From Alphaproteobacteria bacterium (GTDB lineage: Bacteria > Pseudomonadota > Alphaproteobacteria > Sphingomonadales > Sphingomonadaceae), in contig JANPKK010000055.1 of NCBI GenBank assembly GCA_031426015.1, positions 17,912 to 81,911 on the forward strand: a stretch of 64,000 bases of DNA. The letters run 5' to 3'. A program made the position numbers and the translations under genes. This document shows, one piece after another, positions 37,501 to 47,200 of this stretch; position 1 is the stretch's first letter; every line of letters starts with the position of its first letter. The notes under the pieces are model-generated. The model was given only the letters and a program-made list of their open reading frames with translations, was not told the origin of the DNA and made no database searches.

Positions 37501-38168
37501 TGATCATCGTCGAGCGTGCCGGCCAGCAGGTTGCGTGCCGTCGCGGTGACCGCCCCGAACTCGCTGGCGACCGTTTCGAACAGGCTGCGGCGGCCGCCCC
37601 CCAGGTTGAAGACGGGGTCGGCGACCGCGGCGGCATCGAGCGCCAGTTCCCAGGTGCGGCAGGCGGTAAGCAGTGCCTCCAGCGTCAGATCGATCCGGTC
37701 GATGCCATCGGGCATCCTGAACGCGAGCCGCGAACGCCCGGACGCCCGGATCTTCATGGGAACCGAGGGAATATTGGCAGTGCCGACAGGCGGCGGCCCG
37801 TCATTTTCATGACCGCGCAGTTCCTTGGCATTGGCTTCGTCGGTCTGCCCGGCAGTTTCGAGAAGCGCCTCGTCGGCAAGCGATTGCGGCTGGTGTTCGG
37901 CGATCAGCCAGGCGGGCGCGCCCGGTTCGGCGCGTTCGAGCCGGTTGGCGCGGCGGACAAGGCCGGGGCCGCGAAAATCCAGCACCAGCATGTCGTCCGG
38001 CCGGATGACGCGGATTTTCCAGGCAATCGCTTCGGGCCGCGGCCGTACATCGGCAATTTCGGCATCGCTGATCGCTTCGATGAGGCTGGCGATGCTGGCG
38101 GTTTCGGCGAGCGTGCCCGACCCGAGCCGCCTGATGGCGTCGCCAATCGTGCGGAAACGATCAGGCAT
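34587..38168 (-). CDS. Giant hypothetical protein (1193 aa), first gene of a two-gene operon
   Basis: Uninterrupted 3.6 kb ORF. I prefer ATG 38168 (GGGGGG 6 nt upstream) over the track's GTG 38198. The C-terminal ~230 aa is Gly-rich with an alternating hydrophobic beta-strand pattern. No recognisable domain. Confidence 0.8.
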   Translation of the reverse strand: MPDRFRTIGDAIRRLGSGTLAETASIASLIEAISDAEIADVRPRPEAIAWKIRVIRPDDMLVLDFRGPGLVRRANRLERAEPGAPAWLIAEHQPQSLADEALLETAGQTDEANAKELRGHENDGPPPVGTANIPSVPMKIRASGRSRLAFRMPDGIDRIDLTLEALLTACRTWELALDAAAVADPVFNLGGGRRSLFETVASEFGAVTATARNLLAGTLDDDQFAGLDMAAERIAEQSVAAIAAGRELAPRSTEMLAQRELEALLANSAPGGNPTDVRSAAELYLRTASTFAAVSGLQREGLEIGSMLDLSEGFFGVVLKPRPPGKDRTAIEMPWRLIASPLPGAGFDHATAPVVRGGRTELWHTRLGPHFERPEFAEIGEIGPVGPVADPRAGRQLRYLWSPDYAVTSNDPVNFSLTGLDRKMIVKLTAGYDEKLPGGGRFTPRPVDSKRLIMTALGGTLDADRRWKTRPDGVDLLAWTHRLSQGRDSYVRVEYAGFLFPFGHAATLVKLSERKFQWRGAGRDRVAILRQRFFIVVREKIRAYPNAAPQPDLGRTMPFDTIEVMLDTTPNLDEPGGTLSTSLPPDFYTVDRPPRMAFWPARDNNPLALFNFPLVGTDAAGRRVPFQMPAMFVSEVLNQSAYIPAIRDHYNSLVARRTANTHGATMRFADAQGTEAADVDLPTQSLFFRSHDPAGAISTIQATTLQQQPVIESARVRLASVERLTGQALTPEVVFDPAYVLDGFGGANKSELFLKLPTPPALDFGSSGAGSDTVGGVATPSMVPSALSRRHGVMSGTGNVTDGKFRPQDFFAGAKLLGFFELGAILREVDLGTESPKFTSVELPAGGGLGERIETTFRLFQNLDDSPVDALKLNQGGQSSLDLTATTTLFRSGEPALTRIEGTMVHFKLNLVGVIIIHFDRLRFLKTSGRKPDVDVDLNPQTGVTFGGPLEFINTLKDYIPSNAFSDPPDLQVTPAGITAGYSLGLPAIQCGILSLSNITLGAAFTLPFNGDAPSARFNFAERHNTFNLTVSLIGGGGFLAVVVGTDGVREIEAALEFGAQIAINLGVASGSVYIKGGFYFHYSVSPEGVEFEGYIELGGRLSVLGLITVSLTFHLSLTYESKALPDKADGRPHRQNRLFGQAKLTVEIEILFFSASVSVKVEKTFAGSESDPLFRDFITDQSVWNEYCDAFA

Positions 38169-38705
38169 CGCGGTCCCCCCGTCGTTGCAAGCCGGCACGT
38201 ACCAGCAGCGCCTAGGTCAACAAATTCCGATGTTCTACTTGCGAGTCGTGAGCAGTATCCCGCGAACAGTCGGGCAAGACAAGCATGAATCGAACACCCG
38301 GCGTCAACATCGAGGCACCACGGCTTTTGGCTCTCGCGGCGCCGATTCCCGGGATTTATCCTTTGGTGTATTTCATGAACAATATATTCACGAAATTTTA
38401 TTTAAAGAAATTGGGCTTATGCGGCGGATCAAATCTTGTTTAACGCGATGTTATGGCGTTCATCAATCAAGAATAATTGTCTATCTACCACCGATCAACT
38501 GAATGAACTCAATCGAATTGCGGCAGGAATCATCGTCACATCTTGGCGCGTAGTACGTCCGGAGCGACGCACAGCAGCGCGATTTCGGACCGACCGCCGC
38601 GGCATCAGCCGCCGGCTCACTGCCGGTTATGAGCGTCGACCAGCCGCTTCCCGGCTCGCGAGGCGACCGGCGGTGCCGACGGCCGCCCGGCGTGTCCCGG
38701 CGGTG

Positions 38706-39725
38706 TCAGGCCGCGCTTGCTTCGGCGAACGACACCAGGCGCCGCTTGTTCTCGTCCCAAAGCGTGAGGCGGACAGCGGCGAAACTCTGCATGATCGTGA
38801 CCCGGCTTATCATGTCGAGGCCCTGCACCGCCCGCATGACTTCCGGCAGCCGGTAGAATGGCACGCGGCTGGCGAGATGATGCACGTGGTGGGCGCCGAT
38901 ATTCGCGGTGAACCAGCGCAGGACCGGTGGCAGGTCATAATGCGAACTGCCTCGCAGCGCCGCTTCGTGAAACGACCATTCCGAACCGCCCGACCATTGC
39001 GTGCCTTCGAACTGGTGCTGGACATAGAACAGCCAGACACCGATCGACGCGGCGACAAGGGTGATCGGAAGATGGACCATCAGGAAAAGCTTGATGCCCA
39101 TCATCCAGGTCAGCGCGGCCACGAAAACCGCAATGCTGGCATTGGTTCCCAGGGTGCTGAACCAGGGTCGCCAGCCCTTTTTCATCATGCCGAAGGGGAG
39201 ACGGTGTTTCAGCAGGAACTGATAGGCCGGGCCGACGCCGAAAAGGACGACCGGGTTCCGGTACAACCGATACATCAGGCGGCGGCGACGGTTCAGCGCG
39301 AGAAATTCCGCCACGGTCAACGTATCGACGTCGCCGACGCCGCGCGCATCGAGATTGCCGGTGCTGGCATGGTGGATGGCGTGGGTACGCCGCCAGTAAT
39401 CATAGGGGGTGAGCGTCACGACCCCGAGAATCCGGCCGACCCGATCATTGCTTTTCTTGTCACGAAAGAAAGCGCCGTGGCCGCAATCATGCTGGATGAG
39501 GAAGAGCCGGAGCAGGAAGGCCCCCGCCGGGACCGTCAGCAGGAAGCCCAGCATATGGCCATTGGCGAGCGCCAGCCAGATGAGCAGCCACAGGGCGATG
39601 AACGGCACGGCGGTGAAGCCAAGCTCGAACAGGCTCTGTTTGCGCAGCGGCTCCCGGAACGGAAGGATCGCTTTCAGCAGGACATGCGGATCGGCGGCGC
39701 TGGCGGGGGAAGGGGGGGCGACCAA
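38706..39725 (-). CDS. Membrane fatty-acid desaturase
   Basis: Three His boxes (HDCGHG, HAIHH, HHVHH) plus N-terminal TM helices. The TTG start at 39725 is uncertain. Confidence 0.85.
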   Translation of the reverse strand: MVAPPSPASAADPHVLLKAILPFREPLRKQSLFELGFTAVPFIALWLLIWLALANGHMLGFLLTVPAGAFLLRLFLIQHDCGHGAFFRDKKSNDRVGRILGVVTLTPYDYWRRTHAIHHASTGNLDARGVGDVDTLTVAEFLALNRRRRLMYRLYRNPVVLFGVGPAYQFLLKHRLPFGMMKKGWRPWFSTLGTNASIAVFVAALTWMMGIKLFLMVHLPITLVAASIGVWLFYVQHQFEGTQWSGGSEWSFHEAALRGSSHYDLPPVLRWFTANIGAHHVHHLASRVPFYRLPEVMRAVQGLDMISRVTIMQSFAAVRLTLWDENKRRLVSFAEASAA

Positions 39726-39891
39726 GGAATGCTTTCTGGCGTGGCAGTGATTGAATAACGTTCTTTCAGAACGCAGGCTGCGTCTAGCCCCTTGTGTAAT
39801 AGCCGAGATCGAGACGCTGCCAAGCAGCGTGGGCGTGCATGCGGCGTTGTGGCGTGCCCTGGTTCGAGAACGGAACTGGCGAAATCACCGA

Positions 39892-41118
39892 TCAGGCCAT
39901 GCTGGCGACATGATGGACCAGGGCAATCTGGCGGGCGAGGCATTTGGGCAGGGCATAGCGATCGAGCACCAGGTCGCGTGCGGCCTTTCGCAGCGGCAGG
40001 TTCGCGTCGCCCGCCGCCAGCGCCGCACTGGTTTGCCGGCTGATCGCGGCGATATCGTACATATCGACCAGATAGCCGGTCTCGCCATGGCGGATGACTT
40101 CGCGCACCGGTGCCGTGTCCGACGCAACGATCACGCAGCCCGCCGCCATCGCTTCGACGCATGACCATGACAGGACGAACGGGATGGTCAAATAGATGTG
40201 CACTGACGACACCTGCAGCAGCGCCAGATAGCGCTGGTACGCAAGCTTGCCGGTGAAATGCACCCGCCCGGCGAATTCGGGGCGATCGAGCGGCACTTCG
40301 GCGAGCATCACTTCGCGCCAGGTCTTGCCGTCCGGCGGTGCCTGGCCATAGCTGACCTCGTCACCGCCGGTAATGACGACATGGGCGTTCGGGCGCGCCG
40401 CCAGGATCGCCGGCAGGCTGCGGATGAACGAGGGGAAACCGCGATAGGGTTCGAAATTGCGCGCCACATAGGTCAGCACCTCGTCATCACGGGTCAGCAC
40501 CCGGCCATCGTCGAGCCGGAAGCACGCGGTGGGATCGGGCGCGACGACATCGGTATCGATCCCGTCGAAGATCGTCCTGATTTTCGGTTGCAGCACCGCG
40601 GGGTGGCGGCTGCGCTGCCATTCGGTAGGTGACAGGCCGACATCGGCCATTTCGAGGCTAAGCAGGAGATGCGCGTTGCGCGCCCGCGTGCGGCACATCG
40701 TATCGAGCGTGACGACACTGCCGGGTTCGAAGCCGACATCGCCGCCCTGCGCTGTGTAATAATATTCGGCGTAACTGACCACCCGGGCACGCGGGAAGAC
40801 ATCCTTGACGAACAGCATTTCGCCCCAGCCGGGATGGCCGATGACGACCGCCGGATCGAAGCCTTCGCGTTTGAGCTCGACCATCGCCCGCGCCGCCTGC
40901 TGGCCATAGCGGACGCTGGCTTCGAACAGCCGGACATAATGATGCGTATCGGGCCCCGCCGGGCGCGGGCCATCATAGCTGACGCGGCGCACGCCGGGCA
41001 GATCGGCACCCTTGCGCCGGGTGATGAACACGACGCGGTGGCGCCCGTCGGCCGCCAGCGCCGGCGCGAGATGCTTGAACTGCGCCGGCATGTTCTGGTG
41101 GATGAACAAGATGTCCAC
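39892..41118 (-). CDS. Glycosyltransferase (GT-B fold, GT4-like)
   Basis: N-terminal MDILFIHQNMPAQFKHL Rossmann start and C-terminal VIVASDTAPVREVIRHGETGYLVD (E-x7-E-like region). GTG start. Confidence 0.8.
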   Translation of the reverse strand: MDILFIHQNMPAQFKHLAPALAADGRHRVVFITRRKGADLPGVRRVSYDGPRPAGPDTHHYVRLFEASVRYGQQAARAMVELKREGFDPAVVIGHPGWGEMLFVKDVFPRARVVSYAEYYYTAQGGDVGFEPGSVVTLDTMCRTRARNAHLLLSLEMADVGLSPTEWQRSRHPAVLQPKIRTIFDGIDTDVVAPDPTACFRLDDGRVLTRDDEVLTYVARNFEPYRGFPSFIRSLPAILAARPNAHVVITGGDEVSYGQAPPDGKTWREVMLAEVPLDRPEFAGRVHFTGKLAYQRYLALLQVSSVHIYLTIPFVLSWSCVEAMAAGCVIVASDTAPVREVIRHGETGYLVDMYDIAAISRQTSAALAAGDANLPLRKAARDLVLDRYALPKCLARQIALVHHVASMA

Positions 41119-41200
41119 GGCGATTGCCCCCGGCGTGCCGGGCCGGGGCCCGATGATGGTATCCGCAATTGATGCGCCGCCAGCCGCTGCTGTGCAACTG

Positions 41201-41232
41201 CCCGGCGCGCGCCAAGGGGAGCGCGCGCCGGG
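41201..41232 (-). terminator. GC-rich hairpin downstream of the RTX gene
   Basis: cccggcgcgcgc (41201-41212) / loop caagggga / gcgcgcgccggg (41221-41232), 10 nt past the RTX stop codon. No clear U-tract. Confidence 0.45.
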
Positions 41233-41241
41233 CCCCGCCCG

Positions 41242-44200
41242 TCAGAGGAGAATGTCTGCGGGCAGGATCGGTGTGATGGTGTCGAACGACACCTGGAAAT
41301 CGGGCGACAGCGATCCGGTCGTGTTTCCGAACAGCGCGACATTGCCCTCGGCATCCACCCCGATCCGCAACTGGCCCAGCCCGGTGAAGGCGGCGCTGCC
41401 GATGAAGGTGAAGGCCTGGTCCCCGGCCAGCGTCGCATCGGCATCGATGCCGGCAAGATCGATGATATCGCTGCCCGAGGTGAAATCGAGAATGCGATCG
41501 GCCTTGCTGGTGCCGACACCGCTGTCGGTGACCAGGGTGTAGACAAAGCTGTCCGACCCGGCGGCGCCCGCCAGCACATCGGCCCCGGCACCGCCGATGA
41601 TCCGATCGGCGCCCGCGGATCCGGTGATGCTGTCATTGCCGCCGGCGCCGTCGATCGATGCGATGCCCGACACGGCAACCGCGGCGAGATCGATCGTGTC
41701 GGCCGCCGTCGTGCCCAGCAGTCGCACCCCGGCAAAGCCGGCGCCTTCGATGGCCTCGACATTCGACAAGCTTGTCAGCCCGATCACGGCATTGTCGGCC
41801 GTTGCCCGGATGACATCATGGCCGGTGCCGCCGTCGATCCGGTCGCTGCCGTTGCTGGCCCCGGCGAGGAAGACATCATCGCCGTCGCCGCCGCCCAGCA
41901 GATCATTGCCCGCGCTGAGCAGGATGGTATCGGCGCCGGCCGAGCCGATTAGGGTGTCATTGCCGAAGCCCGCGTCGATGCTCGCGACGCCGGTGAGGGC
42001 GATCCCCGAGAAATCGAGCGTTTCGGCGCTGCTGCTGCCGATCAGCGCCAGCCCGGCATGGCCATCGGCATCGATCGCTTCGATCGAGGTCAGCGCCGTT
42101 ACCGTCAGCGTGACATTGTCGGCATCGGCGATGATGCGATCGAACCCGGCGCCGCCATCGATGCCGTCGACACCCGCGCCGCTGCGCGCGATGAAGCGAT
42201 CATCGCCATCGCCGCCGAACAGCAGATCATTGCCGCCGCCCAGAATAATGCTGTCGGCACCGGCTGAACCGGTGACGGTATCGTTGCCGAAGCCCGCGTC
42301 GATGCTGGCCACGCCGGTAAGCATGATGCCCGAGAAATCGAGCATGTCGGCCCCGCTGCCGCCGATCAGTGCCAGACCGGCCCGGCCATCGGCGTCGATG
42401 GCCTCGATCGAGGTCAGTGCCGTTACCGAAACAACCGCATTGTCGGCCGTCGCAATGATGCGATCGAAGCCGGCGCCGCCATCGAAACGGTCGGTTCCGG
42501 CTGCGGCCCCGATCTCGAAAACGTCGTTGCCATCGCCGCCCGACAAGGTGTCGCTGCCGCCGGCACCGACCAGCGTGTCATCGCCGCCATTGCCGCTGAG
42601 CTGGTTGCTGCCGCTGCCCCCGATGATCCGGTTGGCCAGGCCATTGCCGGTGCCGTTGACCGCCGCGCTGGTAACGAGTTCGAGATTTTCGACCCCGCTG
42701 GCCAGCACATGCGAGACCTTGGCGCGAACGCTGTCGATCCCGGCATCGGCGTCCTCGACGATCATGTCGCCCACGGCATCGACGAGATAGAGATCGTCGC
42801 CGCCGCCGCCCGCCATCGTGTCATTGCCGGTAAAGCCATCGATGATGTCGTTGCCTGCCCCGCCGCTGATCGCATTGGCCAGCGTGTTGCCGGTCAGCGT
42901 TGCCGCCGCCACGCCGGTAAACACAAGGTTTTCCACCTGGGTGAGGCTGCTGGTGCGCAAGCTGGTCACCGCCAGCGTGGTGATGACGGTATCGGTGCCG
43001 CCACCGGCTGCTTCGGTGATGCGGTCGCCGGTTTCGGTGACGTAATAGACGTCATTGCCGAGGCCGCCGGTCATCGCGTCAATGCCTTCACCGCCGCGCA
43101 GCGTGTCATTGCCGTCGCTGCCGGTCAGCACGTCGTTGCCGCTGCCGCCATCAAGGCTGTCGTTGCCGCCCAGCCCGGCCAGCGTGTCGTTGCCCGCCAG
43201 CCCGATGATGACATCGTCGCCGGCGCTGCCGCTGCGGTTATCGGCCAGCGTCGTGCCGGTGATGACCAGCCCGGTATTGGCATCGCTCGGCACGAAATCC
43301 TGGTCGGCAAAGCGCAGCAGCTCGATGCCGGACACGGTATCGTCGCCATCGGGGCCAAGCCCGCCGCGATTGTCGACGACGCGGAAGACGCCGGCCGAGA
43401 CCCGCGCGATGGTGTATTGATCGCGATTGCCCGAATAGACCGCGATATCGGCGCCATCGCCGCCATCGATGCTGTCATTGCCGTTGCCGCCGGTGATGCG
43501 GTCATCACCAGCCCCGGCGAGCAGGACGTCATTGCCGCCGCTGCCGTCGATGCTGTCGTTGCCGGCATCGTCGCCGCCGCGGATCGTATCGCCGGATTGC
43601 GAGCCGGTGATGACATCATGGCCGTCGCCGCCCGTGACATTTGCCCCGCCGCCGCTGACGGTGTCGTCACCGCTGCCGCCGTCGACACTGCTGCCAAAGC
43701 TGCCCGCCACCCGGTCGTTCCCGGCGCCACCGAGCAAAATGCCCTGGCCGGACAGATCGTCATTGCCGTCACCGCCATCGAGCAGATTGCTGCCGTCATT
43801 GTCGACCAGCACATCGGCATCGGCGCCGCCGTAAAGGCTGTCATCGCCGAGATTGCCGGCGAGCGTGTCGTTGCCTTCTTCGCCATACAGCGCGTCCTGG
43901 TTGTTGCCGCCGGCGATCACATCATCGCCGTTGCCACCTTCGGCTCGGTCATCGCCGAAACCGCCGTCGATGGCATCATTGCCGCTGCCGCCGAGCAACG
44001 TGTCGGCGCCATCGAAGCCGTCGAGCAGATCGTCGTCGGCACCGCCATCGAGGCTGTCGGCCCCGGCGCCGCCGAGCAACGCGTCGAAGCCGTCGCCGCC
44101 GGCCAGGGTGTCATTGTCGTTGCCGCCGTCGAGCCGGTCATTGCCGGCACCGCCCGCCAGATTATCGCCGCCGGCATTGCCGATGAGATAATCGTCGAGC

Positions 44201-47200
44201 GCCGTGCCCGCGATGACGTTGGCCGCCGCATCGCCCGTGCTGACGATCCCGGCGCTGACCGCTTCGGCCGCCCCGGCAAAGACCAGGGTTTCGATGCCGC
44301 TGGCCGTCTTGCTGCCGCTGCTGCCGCGATTGTCGATGATCACCAGACCGGCGGCATCGGCCGCGACGGTGAAGTGACGCCGTGGCCCGGCGAACAGCGC
44401 GCTGTCGGTGCCGTTGCCGCCAGCGAGGCTGTCATCGCCGCTGCCGGCCGCGAGCACATCGTCGCCATCGCCGCCATCGAGGCTGTCGCTGGCATTGCCC
44501 GCCGTCAACCGGTCATCGCCGCTGCCGCCGAGCAGCGTGCCGTCACCGGTGATGCTGTCGTTGCCGCCGCCGCCCGCGAGGCTGTTGCGCCCCAGGCTGT
44601 CGCTGATGACATCGGCATCGTCGCCGCCATCGAGGCTGTCGTCGCCGACGCCGCCATCGAGCGTGTCAGCGCCGCTGCCGCCGTCGATCCGGTCATCGCC
44701 GGTATCGCCGAACAGCGCATCATTGCCGCCGCCGCCGAGCAGTATGTCATTGTCCTCGCCGCCGCGCAGCGTGTCGGCGCCGCCGATGCCGGCCGCGGCC
44801 GTGACATTGCCGTCCGCGTCGATGCTGACATCGTCGCCGGCGAGCACATCCTCGCCATTGCTGCCGAGCAGCGAATCGTCGCCGGCACCGCCGACGAGCA
44901 GATCGTCGCCATCGCCGCCGTCGATCACGTCATTGCCGGCATCACCGCGCACTTCGTCGGCTTCGGTGCCGCCCTCGATGCTGTCGTTGCCGTCGCCGCC
45001 GCTGATATCGTCTTCACCGGCAAGGCCTTCGAGCGTGTCGTCGCCGCCGAGGCCCGAGATGATGTCATCACCCGAACCCGCGAAGGTCACCCCCGCCGGG
45101 TTGCCGACATTGGTGACACCAGGCGACGAGCCGTTGCTGATGTCCGACACGCTGTCGGCGGCTTCGGTGCCGAGCAGGGTGACGCCGGGGTTGGCCGCCG
45201 CCAGATAATCGGCATCGTCGAAGCGCAGCACGCGGACCCGCACCAGCGTATCGGTGCCGAGCGGTGAGCCCGGGCGATTGTCGATGACGGTAACGACGCC
45301 ATCGACTTCGATGACGGTGAAATCGTTGCGCAGGCCCTGGTAGCGCACGATATCGCCGCGCACCGCGCCGCTGCCGCCGCCGTCGATCGTGTCGTTGCCG
45401 CCGCCGCCCGAAATCTCGTCGGCGCCGCTGCCGCCGGTGATGACGTCATTGCCCTCGCCGCCCGAGATCGTGTCGGACCCGGTGCCGCCATCGAGGCTGT
45501 CATCGCCCCAATTGCCGTTGATGACATCGTCGCCATCGCCGCCGCCGAGCGTCTGGGCGCCATCGATGCCACCGGGGTCGGTGCCAAACAGCACATCGTC
45601 GCCGCTGCCGCCGAAGCCGATGCTGCCGCCGAAGACGCCGATGCTGTCATTGCCGTCATCGCCCGACAGGGTGCCTGCGCCGACAAGATTGTCGTTGCCG
45701 TCACCACCCGACGCGGTGCCGCCCGCAATCGTCAGCACGTCATTGCCATCATCGCCGAACAACAGCCCGTTGCCCGACAGCTCGTCGTTGCCACTGCCGC
45801 CCGACAGCGTGCCATTGCCCGCCACGACATCGTCGCCGCTGCCGCCGGCGAGGCTGTCGCTGCCCGCGCCGCCGTCGATGCTGTCGTTGCCGTCGCCGCC
45901 ATCGGCGCTGTCGTTGCCGTCACCGCCGAAGATCTGGTCCTCGCCGGCGCCGCCGGCCAGCGCGTCGTCGCCGTTGCCACCGAACAGCACGTCATTGCCA
46001 TCGCCGGCGTCGATCGTGTCGGCGCCATCCTGCCCGAGCACGCGATCATTGCCCTCGAGCCCGGTGAGCACATCGCCGCCCAGACCGCCGCTGATCGAAT
46101 CGTCGAGTGCCGTGCCGGTCACGCTGCCGTCACCCGTGATGATCAGGCCCGCCGTCGCTGCCGAAAGCGCCAGCAACTGGTCGTTGAACCCCGCCGTCTC
46201 GATATTGACCAGCGCATCGCTGCCCAGCCCGCCGATGCCATCGGCCGGGCGGTTGGCGACGACGATATAGCCGCCGGCACCATCCTGGACGATCGTGGCA
46301 TGGGCGCGCAGCATTTCGAACTGCGCGCGGTCATCGCCGCTGCCGCCGTCGATCGTGTCGCTGCCATTGCCGCCCGAGACGACATCGTCATCGCCACCGG
46401 CGTCGATCAGGTCGTTGCCGTTGTTGCCGGCAATGCTGTCATCGCCCGCCCCGCCGATCAGCGTCTGGGCGCCGTCGCTACCGCCCGGGTGCCAGCCCGA
46501 CAAGGTGTCGGCGCCATCGCCGCCGTCGCCGGTGCCGTCGGTGCCGACGAGCAGCACGTCATTGCCGGCATCGCCCGAAAGGCGGCCGAAGCCGGTCAGC
46601 TGGTCGTTGCCGGCGCCGCCTGCCAGGGTGCCATTGCCGCTGATCGCATCATCGCCGTCATCGCCCGACAGCGCGCCGCTGCCGCTGATCACGTCATTGC
46701 CGGCCTCGCCCGCGACGCTGCCGCTGGCATCGATCCGGTCGTCGCCGTCGCCGCCGCTGACCAGGTTGGTGCCGCTGGTATCGCCGATGATGTCGTTGCC
46801 AAGGCCGCCGGAGACGATGTCATCACCGATGCCGCCGACCAGCGTGTCATCGCCATCGCCGCCATCGATATTGTCGGCACCGCCGCCGGCATCGAGATAA
46901 TCATTGCCGGTGCCGCCGGTGATCGTGTCGGCGCCGCCTTCGCCATAGGCGACGTCATTGCCGCTGCCGCCATCGAGCAGATCGGCGCCATCGTCGCCCG
47001 ACAGGCGATCGTTGCCGCCGAAGCCGCTGAGCGTGTCGTTGCCGCCATCGCCGACCAGGATATCGTCGAAATCGCCGCCATCGGCGCCGTAGCCGATGGT
47101 ATTGCCGGGCAGCGTCGCGTCCTCGCCATTGTCGAAACGCAGCAATTCGATGCTGGTCAACCGGTCGACACCCGACGGGCTGCCGACGCGCAGGTCGGTC

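Noticed and set aside
30405-38168. Assigning the giant pair to T6SS, contractile injection systems, Tc toxins or RHS/polymorphic toxins
   Set aside because: There are no sheath, tube, VgrG, PAAR, baseplate or AAA+ genes in the window. There are no YD/RHS repeats, no TcB/TcC-like shell motifs and no immunity-like small ORF. Naming a family would be unsupported from sequence reading alone.
30084-38288. Plus-strand ORFs of 389-569 aa antisense to the two giant genes
   Set aside because: They have fragmented, Arg/Gly/Ala-rich, low-complexity translations. The minus strand gives two uninterrupted ORFs of 3.6 and 4.2 kb with balanced composition and SD-linked starts.
38436-39758. 440-aa plus-strand ORF opposite the desaturase, and the 689-aa ORF at 60052-62121 opposite the regulator
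   Set aside because: The opposite strands carry three His boxes and a winged-helix domain respectively. These ORFs are antisense artefacts.
40494-41762. 422-aa minus-strand ORF bridging the glycosyltransferase and the RTX 3' end
   Set aside because: It is in an alternate frame of two well-supported genes and crosses their intergenic hairpin. Its composition is Ser/Pro/Arg/Ala-rich.
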